64,000 nt of DNA. Origin: Nageia nagi. Its lineage: Eukaryota; Plantae; Pinophyta. Each line of letters starts with the position of its first letter. Within the stretch, counting starts at the first letter, position 1. Shown one piece after another: positions 1-12,929 of this stretch. The notes under the pieces were generated by a model, which was given only the letters and a program-made list of their open reading frames with translations, was not told where the DNA came from and did not search any database. A program made the position numbers and the translations under genes. The stretch spans positions 38,688,001 to 38,752,000 of the forward strand of contig JBITNC010000001.1 in NCBI GenBank assembly GCA_050084985.1. Direction: 5' to 3'.

Positions 1-437
1 TTTTAATGGAATAAAGTTAACTTTACAAGATACCCACCTTACAAATGAAGGAATTGAAGTAAGAAGAGAGGCAAAAAATCAACAAGTTAGTAGGAAGGAA
101 CAAATTTGTGCAAGCTTCAATATAGGGTGTTGAGTTTGATGGGTACAAAAGAGGGGTTCAAAGGAAACGCTAGTGCTTACTAGATCCTTGGAAAGAAGTG
201 GCTAGTGCTCTTATAACATATATTTCATTAGAGGAAAGGTACAAAGTTTTTCTTACCTATCATTTTAATCTTATAAACAACTTTGCCTTCTCAAAGATAG
301 ACATGGTAAACTTTGCTTTTTTTTTAATCTATAACTCTCTTTATATTTTAGTTCGTAGGTTTCAAGTGAATCTAACTCAAGCCCCACTTCATGGGGTAGT
401 GATAAAATTATTCTATAACAGAGCACTAGCAAATTAA
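1..437 (+). pseudogene. Decayed fragment of an uncharacterised TE-associated ORF (homolog of 12930-13560)
   Basis: Translation ...LLDPWKEVASALITYISLEERYKVFLTYHFNLINNF..MVNFAFFLIYNSL..PLHGVVIKLFY aligns by eye with ...IPYQWNEMAKILFKLFTFEGRYSNINGFHFPLLAYF..KVNLQYFLFHSL..LIH*GLIKILV at 13270-13500; stops and frameshifts upstream. Confidence 0.55.
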
Positions 438-469
438 TCAAGATGCCAACCAATGGTAAGGATCATTGT

Positions 470-720
470 GGGAGGTTGGAGTTGTTAAGGATATTGTAAA
501 TTCTACTTGGTTGTCTTTGTAATATATCCATTCAAGTAATTGATCATTGAAAGTTTTTCCAAAGTGGATGTACTCTCAAAATGAGGAGAAGCATAATAAA
601 TACTTGTGTCAAAACTTCTATGTGTGTTTTATCTCTTCATTACTATTATTTATTTCATTTTCAATATAATGAATGATACATACCTATTAATTATTGATAT
701 AAGAACAATATAAACCAAAT
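470..720 (+). mobile_element. Degenerate Copia-type LTR 3' part (remnant)
   Basis: GTGGATGTA...AAATACTTGTGTC (564-610) resembles the GTGGATGTAG...CCACGTTATCTCTTGTGT motif on the minus strand of the young Copia LTR; boundaries not resolved. Confidence 0.3.
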
Positions 721-839
721 AAAATATGTATTTGAGGATCCTCATAAGTTATAAGCTTCAAGTGATTATAGATCAATACCTATCACAAAAAAATACTATA
801 GTAATTTATGAAAACCTTTCCCTTGGTTTTTGCATTATT

Positions 840-2520
840 TATAGAAAATAGTATGGAAAGTGTAAAGTTGGGGTGCTAAAGTAATTGGGTGGTACATGAA
901 ATATTATTATGTACTGTAGGGAATGACAAAGGATGTGATAAGAGAAATAATTTAAATAGTTGATGAAAGAGGTAGGGATGAACGAAATGTAGATGTACAA
1001 GAGGAAATGTGAGGTAATAGTTATAATTATAAGTGAAGATTCAAGGTACAAAAGATATCAGTGAATACGTATTTATGTTACATGTAATTGATTAGTGAAG
1101 GTGTGGATAATGGTCTAATTGAATATGTAGGTGTTGAAATACTAGGCATTATTAATGAGAAGGAAGTGGATATAATAGTAGGGTCAATACTAATTTGACA
1201 CATGAAATATGTGAAAGTGTTGATAATGATGTTAGGAAAAGCTAAGAAGGATGTATTACAAATATAAATATGGGTAGGAATGGCTCAATAATGGATTATA
1301 TCAATTTTTTTCATTATATAAAGAATACAAATTTTATTATTTGTATCAAACTCATTGAACATGCTCTTGAATTAGTTAATATTGAGTAATTAAGGAGTAT
1401 TAATTTGTGCATATATATATTCATATCTTTAGGCTTTAAAGGAATGAGAGGATTTTCAAAGGGATTGATTTGTTTGTATTCATCTATTCCAAGTCTCTAG
1501 AGTTATAAGAGCACTTTTACTCTTTTTGGGTATGATCATGAGCCAAACTATTTTAGGAACCTCCTCATGATCACCATCAGGGTAAAATTTTAATGTCTCT
1601 AACATCCAACTAATGATTGTAGACAAATAGTTCAACTATAGCCAAACCAGCCAAGTCGAGCCCTGCTACGATTTTGTTAGATCAACTAGAGTGATTCGAT
1701 GAACTTGAGACATCCTAGAGAAAAAATCAAAGTATTTAACCATCGCATTGTCAAAAACAAATTGGTTAAATTTCATAATTATTTGATGGTACTTTGACAA
1801 CATTGTTAAAATATGTTTTTAAAATAATTATAGTACTTTTACTCATATTCAAATTCACATTCAATATCATCCAATTTCATATTGTATTGTTTTTAATTAA
1901 ATCAATTAATATCATCCCCAACATCACTATCAATATACTCATTATGATAAATATTTACATAAATATGTGTATCAACATAATCAATGTGTGTATGATCTTT
2001 CTTTGTATTTCTTTTACACATACTATATATGTCTCTCATTCTTTCACTTCTCTTACTTCAAAAAAATATAATATATTTCTTTGATATAAAAAAATACAAA
2101 TATCCAACTTTAATAATTTCTTATAAAATAATAATATTGATTTTTTTATAACACTTATAATATATTCATGGAAAATAAAATTATAAGATTTACAAGATCA
2201 CAAGCAACATACCAATGGTGTTTTATTAAAATAATATATAAAAATCTAGCTCTAGAGGTCTAAGGTTATTTAGAGTCAATATTATTTTTCATTATAGGAA
2301 GCAAGAAGTAAAATAATAAACAATAATGATAAATGACAACTATGAAATGCAACTAGATTTGTAAAATAGAATATGATTAGAGGCACTTCTTAATTTGGTG
2401 ATGTTTGTACTTGCCATTTAATTGCATTGTAATACATGAACTAAACTTTGTGAGGATCTAATTTCTATAATTTTGATTAACATGATCTTGTTTTCAATTA
2501 TATATGTTGAGAGACATCTC
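840..2520 (-). mobile_element. Possible very decayed CACTA remnant (transposase C-terminus/DUF4216 plus downstream exon)
   Basis: Minus-strand fragments KIIEIRS..VHVLQC, LLLAS, WYVA and an acidic tail occur in the same order as at 40660-41040; similarity is weak. Confidence 0.25.
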
Positions 2521-2869
2521 TACACAACCAAGGGAGGGTAAAGACTCAAATATTTGACTGTTAAACTCTTTTTATAAAATGATTCAATTGACTTTAAAAA
2601 CTTGATTAATAAATGCATAAAAATTAATTTAACCAACATTTAACATTTTTAATTAAAAATTGTATAAAAACTAAAAAATATACATTGAAAACACAATAAA
2701 TTTAGAAAAGAAAATTTCTATTTGTAAAACATATACAACAAAGAAGATTCATATTATGAAGAAATATATTGCAAAGAATATTTCCATTGAGAATCTCTTT
2801 TGAAGGAAAATATACCTCACACCATTTTTTTAGATATTTGTCTTTTTAAGATAATCTCTCTGTCTATTG

Positions 2870-5340
2870 GAAGCACCGTTTTCTTTTCGGTTGACGATCA
2901 TGGTACGATCAGTTTGGATGAAAAGCAGGTCTCAATGTACATCCTGTATATTAAGATCTATTCGTTTCGCAGTAGGTATATCTGCGAAATTGGGCCTCTT
3001 ATAAAGTTATATCCCATCTGGCTACTTGCTATTCTGCCCATTCAAACCAGTCCAATTCAAACCCAGTCCCACGAAAGTTCGGGGGACCAGTCAACACTAC
3101 TTCCCATTCCCCAATGTATCTCCACATCTAGAAGTGTTTAACAGGAGACAAATAGATTTACAGGACTGAGAACTAAAGGACAATGAGGGTTCCTAAATCC
3201 GACCATGGAGTAATAAAAAAGTCTTATCATTTGTGTGTCTCTTCTATGGTCTCTCTGTCTGTCTACCTCACTAAGCCTTAACAACGCAACGCCTATGATA
3301 CAAGGCGTAACCACCTACACAATCATGGATTAAGAGACAATGCAGTACATTACGTAATCCCAATCTAAATGCTAAGGAAGCCCTAATCCCCACATTAAAA
3401 TCTCTACCCAAAACGCCTGACCACCACTCAAATCATCCATATCCATATCCAGATTGACATGACTTGCTCCAGCTACCTATAGTGGGCAACCCAAATGCCA
3501 TAGTTGGTCTTTGCTTAGATTTTTACTAATGTTTTTAGTGCCTATGAATCTCAAAACACCCACATTCTCTCTGGCTGCTCATCGCCTTACTTTTCTGACC
3601 AAAACATCCGTACACGCACTGCCCAAGAACATGCATGACAGATTTCCAAAACCAATGCAAGAAAGTCCATACTGCAAATGGATCCGAAACCATAAAGAAA
3701 CGACAGTTCCCAATCATACTAATGAATGAAATATTCATGAAAATAATAACATTAAAGAAGTAGTACTGAGTCTGATTATCTCGCTGCAACCAGCTTTTGC
3801 TGCAGTGCATATTTACTTACAATCTCTGAAACCTTATCACAGCGCATATTTCTCATAAACAACAAAGACCAGCTGATCAGATGAGGTACCTACCTAGACG
3901 GACATCACAGTCAAATAATTCAAAGGAGTATGGAATGCAGCAGCATCAGAATCTTTCCCAGGCATCGGGGAAAGAGTACAAAATCAACTCTTAAACAATG
4001 AGAGATCCTACTATCCTATTCCTACGCCTAGGCAGTGGTCCCTGAACATACATGCTCTCCTGTCCTTGACGCTCATTATTATTGTTTTTTCGGTGCAAGT
4101 ATTTCTCTGAACTGAAAGTGGTGGTGGACCTGGTGATCTTTTTCCTTTTCTTATTTTGTTTCTGTTTTTTAGTTTTAGGGGTTGTACAACGCCGGCGCTC
4201 TATGATAAATCTTTACACGGAAGCCGAAAAACAATACAGAAACTCACTAGGACTAGCAGTTACGACTGCCATTTTTCTTTGAAGTATCTAACCTATAGTA
4301 GTATAGACTATCACTATCCATATTGATGGAGCTATCTAATACCATAATCACCACAATGATGATGATTGTTCATTTTTCTCAAACTTGTTTTTTGTTTGAT
4401 GTACAAATGGCGTTTGGTGTTACAATTGAAATCATACATGTAATTAAACAATAAGAATAAATAAATGCTTAGGCATCCTTGATCCTACCGAACAGGCAAT
4501 GTGGGATGTTGTATTTTTATTGGTTTTGGATGTTCATGTACTGCACTACACAGATTGTGTTCTCGAGACGGATTTTAGAATCTACTGAATCCTCTTTTAA
4601 CGTGGAGGAATCAATCCTTCGGTTAATAGATTGCTTGTGCTCATGCATTGAAGCTTTCAAAAATACTCTTCTAGCTGAAGCTCAGGAAGGAATATGATAC
4701 ATTATTCTTTTTAGCCACTGCTCTCGTTTAATAATGAAGTCGCCAGTCAAAACCTTCAAGTTCCCTGCCTTCTTCATCACACTCGTTCACTTAGGGATAA
4801 GCGATATTTTGTTTCTTTATTGTCTGCGCGATTCGATCCATGATTCCATCCATCACGGCTCGCAGGAAGGGAACACAAAGATATTGCATAGGCAATTACA
4901 TTCAAGGTACGGAGCTATTCAGTCAACGTGTACATATATCAATATAAAAATATATAAAAGATTTGGCTATCTAGCTTAGAGAATTTTGCAAAAAAAAAAA
5001 GTGTTGTTCATGGATTTGAACTTAGGGTTTCAACATAAAACACTATTGATCCAGTTTCTATTTAATATGGAAAAAATCTCACTTCGATTAATCCGTTGAA
5101 AACCTTTGGGTTGAAAAAAAATTACGGACCCTACCAAAGTTTGTTTCCAACATCTGAAAATGTTAGATTTATTAGGATACGAAGGGGGAATTCTGAAAGT
5201 TAGATAGCTAGCACCATATAAAAATGGGAGTTGTCTAAGGAATTTCCATCCCCACAATTTGACACCCTTGATAGAATTGATATGTTCATGCATCAGCAGA
5301 TAGATTCGTAAAGCAATTTTACATAAATATATTCGTGAAA
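2870..5340. promoter_or_regulatory. CpG/CHG-retaining island: probable promoter plus first exon of a host gene or lncRNA
   Basis: About 9 CpGs in 2870-3085 alone versus about 8 in the preceding 2.8 kb; CAG/CTG retained; site-II TGGGCC at 2991 with TATAAA at 3000; telo-box TTAGGGTTT at 5022-5030; minus-strand donor-like GTGAGT, GTAGGT and GTAAGT near 4247, 3895 and 3820. Confidence 0.55.
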
Positions 5341-7069
5341 CTATTTTTGCATATTAGTTTCATATGGACAAGTAAAATAGTTTCATGAATATGCAAAAAA
5401 GTGGCCAAAAACACATATTGGACTAAGGGATGTAAATGATGTTTTGGGGATTCAAATCTGGATCCAAGTCCATGAGTTCAAAGCTCAAAATTTTAATCAA
5501 TACATCAACATTCCGTTCGAAAACATAGCTTTCAATTTTTTTTTTTTATTTAACTCATACCTGACATATTCTTGAACTATTTTTTACATATTATTTTCGT
5601 GAGTGTGCAATAAAAAAAATCAAAAAATTTTCCAGACTTATAAAAAATCTAACAAAATCTATTAGATTTGTTAGATTATCAAGGGGGACGAAAAGTCCCT
5701 TGCCTAGACAACTATAAAATGTGGGTCTTTAAGTCTCTCTCTCATGTGTATTACTTGTATACATTGCAAATGTTGCCCTTACATAAAAAGAACTTTGCGC
5801 ATAAGGAAAAATTAAAAAGTTTTTATTTTGCTTTGTTACCATATAGTTTCTATTGAATATGTGATGCATATAGATTCTTCATTTGTTTTTTTCTTTTTAT
5901 CATAAAAACTAGAAAGTTATGTGATAAATTCTATAGAAATTACCTCAACATTTTTCAGCCATCATAAACCTCCAAAGCAATGCCAAAATATTATTTTAAT
6001 GTTCTTCAAAATCATAATGATCTTTTCAAAGATTTTTACTTCTTCATTACATCAAATAATACTTTTAATATATTTTAATTTATGTCAATTTTATTTTGAT
6101 TACTTGGATAAAAAAAAACTAAGCTTTGGCCACTCATCAAGGGTTGCATTTATCATTTTAGTACATCTTGTAAAAATTTCTTCCCAAATAAACATAGTTT
6201 TCATAACTAGTCTCTTAGTTGAAAGATTGAAGATCTAGGTCAAACAAGATCTAAATATGATTCAAGAATCAATTATTAAGGTTAAAGCTTAACAAGTTAG
6301 CACCATCAACTACATACCATCTCTTGCTCTTGACTTTTACTCTCTATGTATTTCCCTTTACTTATTGTAATGAATTTTCGATACAAGTGATACTTTACCT
6401 TACAATTTTCAAAGCATATGTAAAGAAGTAATCAAAAGCAACACTAATCATCAACTTTATTGATATGCATGATACTTATTTACAAATTTTAGATATTTTG
6501 AAGTGGAATATGTTCAAATGTGTTGAACAATTAAAATAGTTTTACATGATTTAAGCTTTCCAATACTTCTTAAACATGCTTAAAAAGAGCTTCAATCATA
6601 AAGATATGCCTCTTGGAAGTTGTCCCATCTAAAAGGATAGAATCATTATCTAATTCAAGGAGATCCCGAGTCTAGATGATTAATTAAGAGAAACACAAGC
6701 TATTAATCTAACCAATCAATCACTAATCCAACTTGAATAATTAATCTAATTAATCAAAGACCAATGCTATTTGAAGATATTAATATGGAAAAGAAAAAAG
6801 GAATATGATATTAACAAGCACAACATAACCCAAGACCCACCTAATACAACACTAACGAAAGTAATGTGTTAACCACTTCTATTTCTTAACAACATGAGGA
6901 TTATGCAATCCTCCTTTTTAGCGAAGTGGTCCTCAAATAAACAAACATATTCTATTTCTTAACAACACGAACTAGAGAAAATAATTCTTTATCATATGTA
7001 GAATAATTCATCATAACTCTACTAAACTTATCATAATGATAAAAAAATAGGTTTTCTTCCTTACATCAA

Positions 7070-9000
7070 AACTTCCCCCATGGCATATAATCACTTGTAT
7101 CAATATCAATTTAAAATGGTTGCTATAAATTAGGAAGTGCCAATACAAGTACATTACCAATCTTTTTCATCATAGGGTCAAAAGATATTTGTTGCTTCTT
7201 TCCCCATTGAAAAATTGATTTTTTTTTGTAATGCCATACAATGGAGAAGCAAATCTTGAAAAATTTGAAATGAATTTTCTAAGGTATTAAACAACCCTTA
7301 AGAAACTTCTTGTTTAAATAACATTGCTTAGTCTTGGCCACTCAATAGTGGAACTAAATTTTATAGGATCAATTTTAAATTATCCTCCACCAATAACATA
7401 TCCTAAGTACACTAAAGATTGCTTATCAATTTTACATTTTCTCATTTTCAACAATAACTTCTCTTCCTTCAAAGTTTAGAGCACTTGTTTAATATGTACT
7501 AAGTGTTCATCTTAGAAATGGTTGTAAACAAGAATATCACCAAGTAAATAATAACAAAAGAATTAATAAATGGTATAAGAACTTCATTCATTACCCTCAT
7601 AAAAGTTTTAGGTGCAGTGCACAAAATAGAAGGTAGGACAAACCACTCAAACAAGCCTTATCTTGAAATCAATCTCCCAAATATCCTTCTCTTTGATCCT
7701 TACTACTTGGTGATACCCAATTCAGAGATCCAATTTGGAAAAATATATCATCCATTGAAATTGATCCATAAGATCATCAATATGAAGGAATGTATAACAA
7801 TTCTTGATCATAATTTTGTTTGATGCTTGATAGTCAACACACATCCTCTAGGATCCATCCTTCATTAGTACCATAATCATATGTGACCTACATGGAGAAG
7901 TGCTTGTTATAATCACTCCTAGATTTGTTGCTTAATCTCCTCATACTCCATAATTGATTTCTTATACAACCCTATGTTGGGAATGGGAGCATTAGGAGCT
8001 ATATGGATTTCACAATCTATGCTTCTATGAGGTGGTAACCCTTTCAACTCTATGGAGATATCTTGAAACTTCTACAGAAGAGCTTGCACATACATTTATT
8101 GTTGACTTGGTGTTAATACTAATGGAATAATGAATGCTAACATATATTCTATCTAAAATACAAATGCTATCTTACCATAATTGTTATCAATTAGGTGGAC
8201 TACTACAAATCTTTAACTATAATTGATGAGTCTCTTCACATGGCTCATTTTTACCAACTATATTCGCTTCCTACTTCTATGGGCATTAACATCATAGTAT
8301 TTTTCATATTTAATCAACCAATATTAGTTCAATTTATGAAAATAAATGGCATCTCTATCCCAAAGATAAGGATTATCAAATACAATACCACAAACACCAA
8401 GAGGCACTACATCAACAATTACTTCATCAATGAATCTCTTATTGATTGCAAATATCAACTTACATTATTTTGTGACTTGTAACTTGGTATCATTTGGCAT
8501 CCATCCTAGAGGATATGTATGAGGATGGTTGTAAGCCTTCAATCCTAACTTGTCCACCAAACATTTAGTAATGAGTTTGGTTTGTGATCTAGTGTTAAAA
8601 ATTGAATCAATTTTGATCTTCTTGGCTTGAATCCTGACATGAAAGAGTTGTACTTTCATTTTCTCTTCATCATCTTCCTTTTGATTGGTTTTAACTTTCT
8701 AATCAATTTTTTTATACTATTGCACAAGTGATTTCTTCATCTACCTTTGTATTATCATCAATATTCTCACTCTTAGCGACCATAACATTCTTCTTTTCAA
8801 GATTATTTTTCTTCTTATATGGATTCTTTTAAGGATGAACCTTCTAACACTTATCATTTGTATGATCATCCTTATCAAAATCTAAATAATGTGCTTTATC
8901 ATTTGTATGGTCATCCTTGTCAAAACGTGAGTAATGCATTTTATTTTTATCATTTCTATGACCTTCCAACAAAGTGGTATTCCACCTAACAAATTCATCT
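7070..9000 (-). mobile_element. Decayed Ty3/Gypsy gag-protease-RT fragment (CRM-like)
   Basis: LFHVRIQAKKIKIDSIFNTRSQTKLI (protease, ORF 8465-8659), [24 protein letters not shown] (RT), VLALPNL*QPF (RT-RNaseH link); many stops and frameshifts. Confidence 0.85.
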
Positions 9001-9419
9001 TTTTTAGTGTTGTTGCTTTATGTGCTAAGTCAACATCATTAGAAGAGAGTGTTGGCATCCATTGAGTAATAATAAAAGTGGTTTTCATTTTAATATTATT
9101 ATTATGACTTCTCTAATATACAGATACCCTAAGATTGAGAACATAGATAAGGTCTATTTATTCTTTGACAAAATTCAACAAAGAGACACAATCTTATGGA
9201 ATGCAATGACCATAAAATATACATATAATTGACTTTATGAAAAGGCTCTAGATGTTTTTGTAGGAATGTAAGGAGGTGGTGTTCCACCCAACAAATGCAT
9301 CTTTTCTAATTTTTCTTCTTTATGTACCAACTCAATATCATCGAAAGAGGGTTTTGACATCCATTGAATAATAATAAAAAGTGGTTTTCATTCTAATGTT
9401 TAAAAAATCCATTCTATGA

Positions 9420-12400
9420 AGGTGTAACCTCTAGAATCAACTCAACCAAAATATGGAAGGTAAGAAAAAGGAGTAGTGGCTCATTAAAGATGATTTTAAC
9501 TTCCCTATTCAAACTATAAAAAACACTGGGAGGATCATGGGAGGCCTCTTAGCTGGTAGGGATGAGAGATCTACAATCACTTTGGTAAGTAATGCAAGAT
9601 TGATAGACATGGAGTTACATGGTTACAAATATACATAGACTAATAGGAAAAAAAGGGAGGATTAATAATGAGTAGATTATATAGGATGTTAGTTTCACCC
9701 TTCTAGCTATGTAGTTGGCCAAAATTCTACCTCAATACCCTACTAAAGGTAGGATCTAACCATAACTCATTGGTCTTGAAAATAGAGAAAGTATACCAAA
9801 GAAAGCCACCCTTTCGATTCGAAAACATGTGGTTAGATCATCCAAAGTTAGAAGATAAAGTGAAGGAATAGTGAAATATGATAGTCCATGGGACAAAGAT
9901 GTTCTCTCTAATAAAGAAACTCTAGAATGTCAAATTTTAGATTTGGGAACAGAATAAAAAGACCTTCGAATGAGTAGAGGAAGAAAAAGAAGGACTAAAA
10001 GAGGAAGAGAACACTATGGAGTTCATGGAAGAGTAAAAAGGAGCTTTATGCAACCTGCATAACACTTTAGCAAGAAATGAGAAAATATGGAGGAAAAAAT
10101 CCAAGGTCACCTAGCTACAAGCTGGGGATTGGAATACCTAATTTTTCAAATTGAACACATTTAGACACAGGGAAAGCAATAAAATATTAGAGATTAAAAA
10201 TGACCATGGGATGACAATTAAAGATTTGAAAGAAATCAATGAAATAGGTGTAAGCTTCTATCAATGACTCCTATCCTTGGAAACCATTTCAAATGAAGTA
10301 ACTATAGAGGATATTATTAAGCATATTCCTAGTCTAATAATGAAGGAAGACAATAGAGTGTTGATAAGGTTGTTCTCCTTTCAAGATATTAAAAAAAGTA
10401 ATTTTTTCAATGGCCCATAATAAAATTCTTGGCCCAGATGGTTTCACTATAGAATTTTTACAAACATATTGGGGAATTATGGGCAAAGAAGTTTTTCTGG
10501 CTATAAGTGAGCTACAAACCTTAGGTACAAGCCTTAAAGATTGAAACACAACCTTCCTTGCCATGATCCCAAAGATCAATAAAGCAAATGATTTCAAAAA
10601 CTTTATACCAATAAGATTATGTAACGTGGTCTATAAGATAATGATAAAATCTCTCACCAACATACTAAGACCATTATTCTACAAAATCATATCTACGAAA
10701 AGGGGAGGATTTGTTCAAGGAAGGAAAATAGTGGATGGTATCATCAAATTGCATGAAACCTTGCAATCAGACCACACATGGGAGGATGTGATCTTTATTA
10801 ATCTATACATATAGAAGCTTATGAAAGGGTCAAATTAAAACTTCCTAGATAGGGTTAGTACCAAATTTGGCTTCTCTCAACTTTGGTGTGGATGGATCAT
10901 GTAATGTACCTCCATAACCTCTTTTTAAGTTCTCAAAAATGGAAAGGTATCATGTTTATTTCGATCTCAGAGAGGGTTGAGAAAAGGGGATCCTATATCC
11001 CCCTACTTGTTTATCATAATAATTGAGGCACTTGGAAGAAGAATATGGCATGAGCATTCAATAAGTTGCATTAAATATTTAAACCCCTCCTCAAACCCAA
11101 TTATAGTGACCCATGGTCAATATTTGGATGACATAATTATCATGGGCAAAGCTTCAATAGTAGAAGCTAGTAACTTCCTCCAAATATTGAAAGCTTATGA
11201 TGTAGCATTACAACAGAAGGTGAACTTTGAGAAAAGAAAACTATTTTGTACACACACTTCCATAAGAAGATTGAAAAAGATTGAAAAAATATTTCAATGT
11301 AAGATTGAAGAACTTTCTAGCATGTATCTAGGAATTCCAATGTTCATTGGAATGACCAAAGTTTCCCTTTGGAACACCCTCTTATATCACTTCCAAACAA
11401 AATTATCAAGATGGAAAGGAGAAACACTAAGTATATCTTGGAAAAACTTGCTAGTTAAGACTATTCTCCAAAATATTCCGATCTATTGTGCATCAGTGTT
11501 TGAGCTCCCAAATAGCTTGTATGATAAAATAGATCAAATTTGAAATAATTTTCTTTGATTTGGAATAGAGGAGAAGAGGAGAATGAATTTGGTTAGTTAG
11601 GATAAAGTTTGCAAGCCAAGGAAGGAAGGATTGGGTTGAGAAGCCTAAAGAACTTTAATATTTCACTACCAGGAAAGTTGGCATGGTAGGTCAATAGTGA
11701 TAAATAAAAGAGATGGGTTCATATATGTAAAGAAAAGTACTTGTCAGGGGAACCAAACTTCTTAAAAAGTAGATAGGTTATGCATGGTTCTTCTTTTTGG
11801 AAGGGGATGGTATGATTTAGAGCAATGAGTGAAGCAAATATTATATGAAAAATCAGAAATGGTCAATCTATAGATTTTTTGTTTGATGAATGGGAAGATA
11901 ATGAAATATTACAATAGGAGAATATAATGTTGAAGCTAGGACATTAGGATCTCAACTAAATTGGTATATCCATGGCATCCTACTCATGTATATAGAATGG
12001 CCAAAGGGTTTGGTGCCACATCCACCTAAACAATTCGAACCTAATGCCACAAGCCCAATTGAATAAGGCATGTTTGAAATAGATTAAAGCCCCATAATAT
12101 GGAATCAAGGATCACATAATCTACAAATTGGAAAAGGATGGAAATTATTCAATTAAATCTAGCTATAGAACCCTTAATTCATCTTCCCCTGAGCCTTTCC
12201 CAATTAGAAAAGTCTAGATAAAAGGAGTCACACAAAGGTTTGGCACTTTTTGTGGCTAATATTTTGGCAAAAAATATTGACTTAGAATAATGTTCATAAA
12301 TGAGGAATGATAATACCCAACATGTTCCCTCTCTATATGAATGAAGAAGAATCAATAAACCACCTTTGTCTTCATTGTCCCTACTCAAGGAATATCTAGG

Positions 12401-12650
12401 TTAGATTACTTAGAGATTTGAGACATGAGGTTGGGCTATCCATCTTTGAAGTGATTGTTAAATGATCATGTATACCTCCTAATAAAGAAAAAAATAGGTT
12501 AGTAAGAAATGGTAGAATTTAACACTTCCTCATCCTCTATGGGAACTATGGAAATAAAGGGATAGAAGGATATTTCAAGATAAGAGCATGAATACCCAAC
12601 AATTAATCCAAAACATAACTATCATGGTGGATGAAAATTATAAACTACTC
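9420..12650 (+). mobile_element. Decayed L1-type LINE ORF2 (endonuclease-RT-zf-RVT)
   Basis: WLIKDDFN, GSNH, PFRFENMWLDHP, LQAGDWNT, GPDGFT, FIPIRLCNVVYKI, LRKGDPISPYLF, QYLDD, YLGIP, HLCLHCPYS and WELWK*RDRRIF motifs in order; ORFs 10563-10814 and 10977-11543. Confidence 0.92.
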
Positions 12651-12929
12651 CAAAAGGAGGACATAAATCAAGGTATGATGGGTGGGTCAATGAATGATAC
12701 ACATGAGAATCAAACATAAGGTGATGGATAGGTGGTAGCTACATGGGAAGTCTCTTCCCTAGCTAACATCATAGCATTACCATGGATCAAGTCATGGAGA
12801 GCCATTGATAAGCAAGACTCAAGGATGGTAGAGATTGAGCCTCATAATAATAATCATTCCATTCCTAGTTCTATAGATATATTAGGTTGGCACTGTTGTG
12901 TTTCTTAATTGGTAATTAACATCATGATA

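Noticed and set aside
2965-3087. Two short hairpins (TTTCGCAG/CTGCGAAA; GTCCC..GGGAC) suggesting a ribozyme or structured RNA
   Set aside because: No hammerhead CUGANGA core nearby; stems are short enough to arise by chance
3935-3976. miR172-like site (ATGCAGCAGCATCAGAATCT) and miR482/2118-like half site within an 8-bp hairpin
   Set aside because: They need a gap plus mismatches or lack the 3' half; no precursor-length foldback
4440-4508. USE-like ATCCCACATTG on minus with TTTATTTA about 32 bp downstream (snRNA promoter)
   Set aside because: Downstream sequence does not resemble the 5' end of U1, U2, U4, U5 or U6, and the TATA is weak
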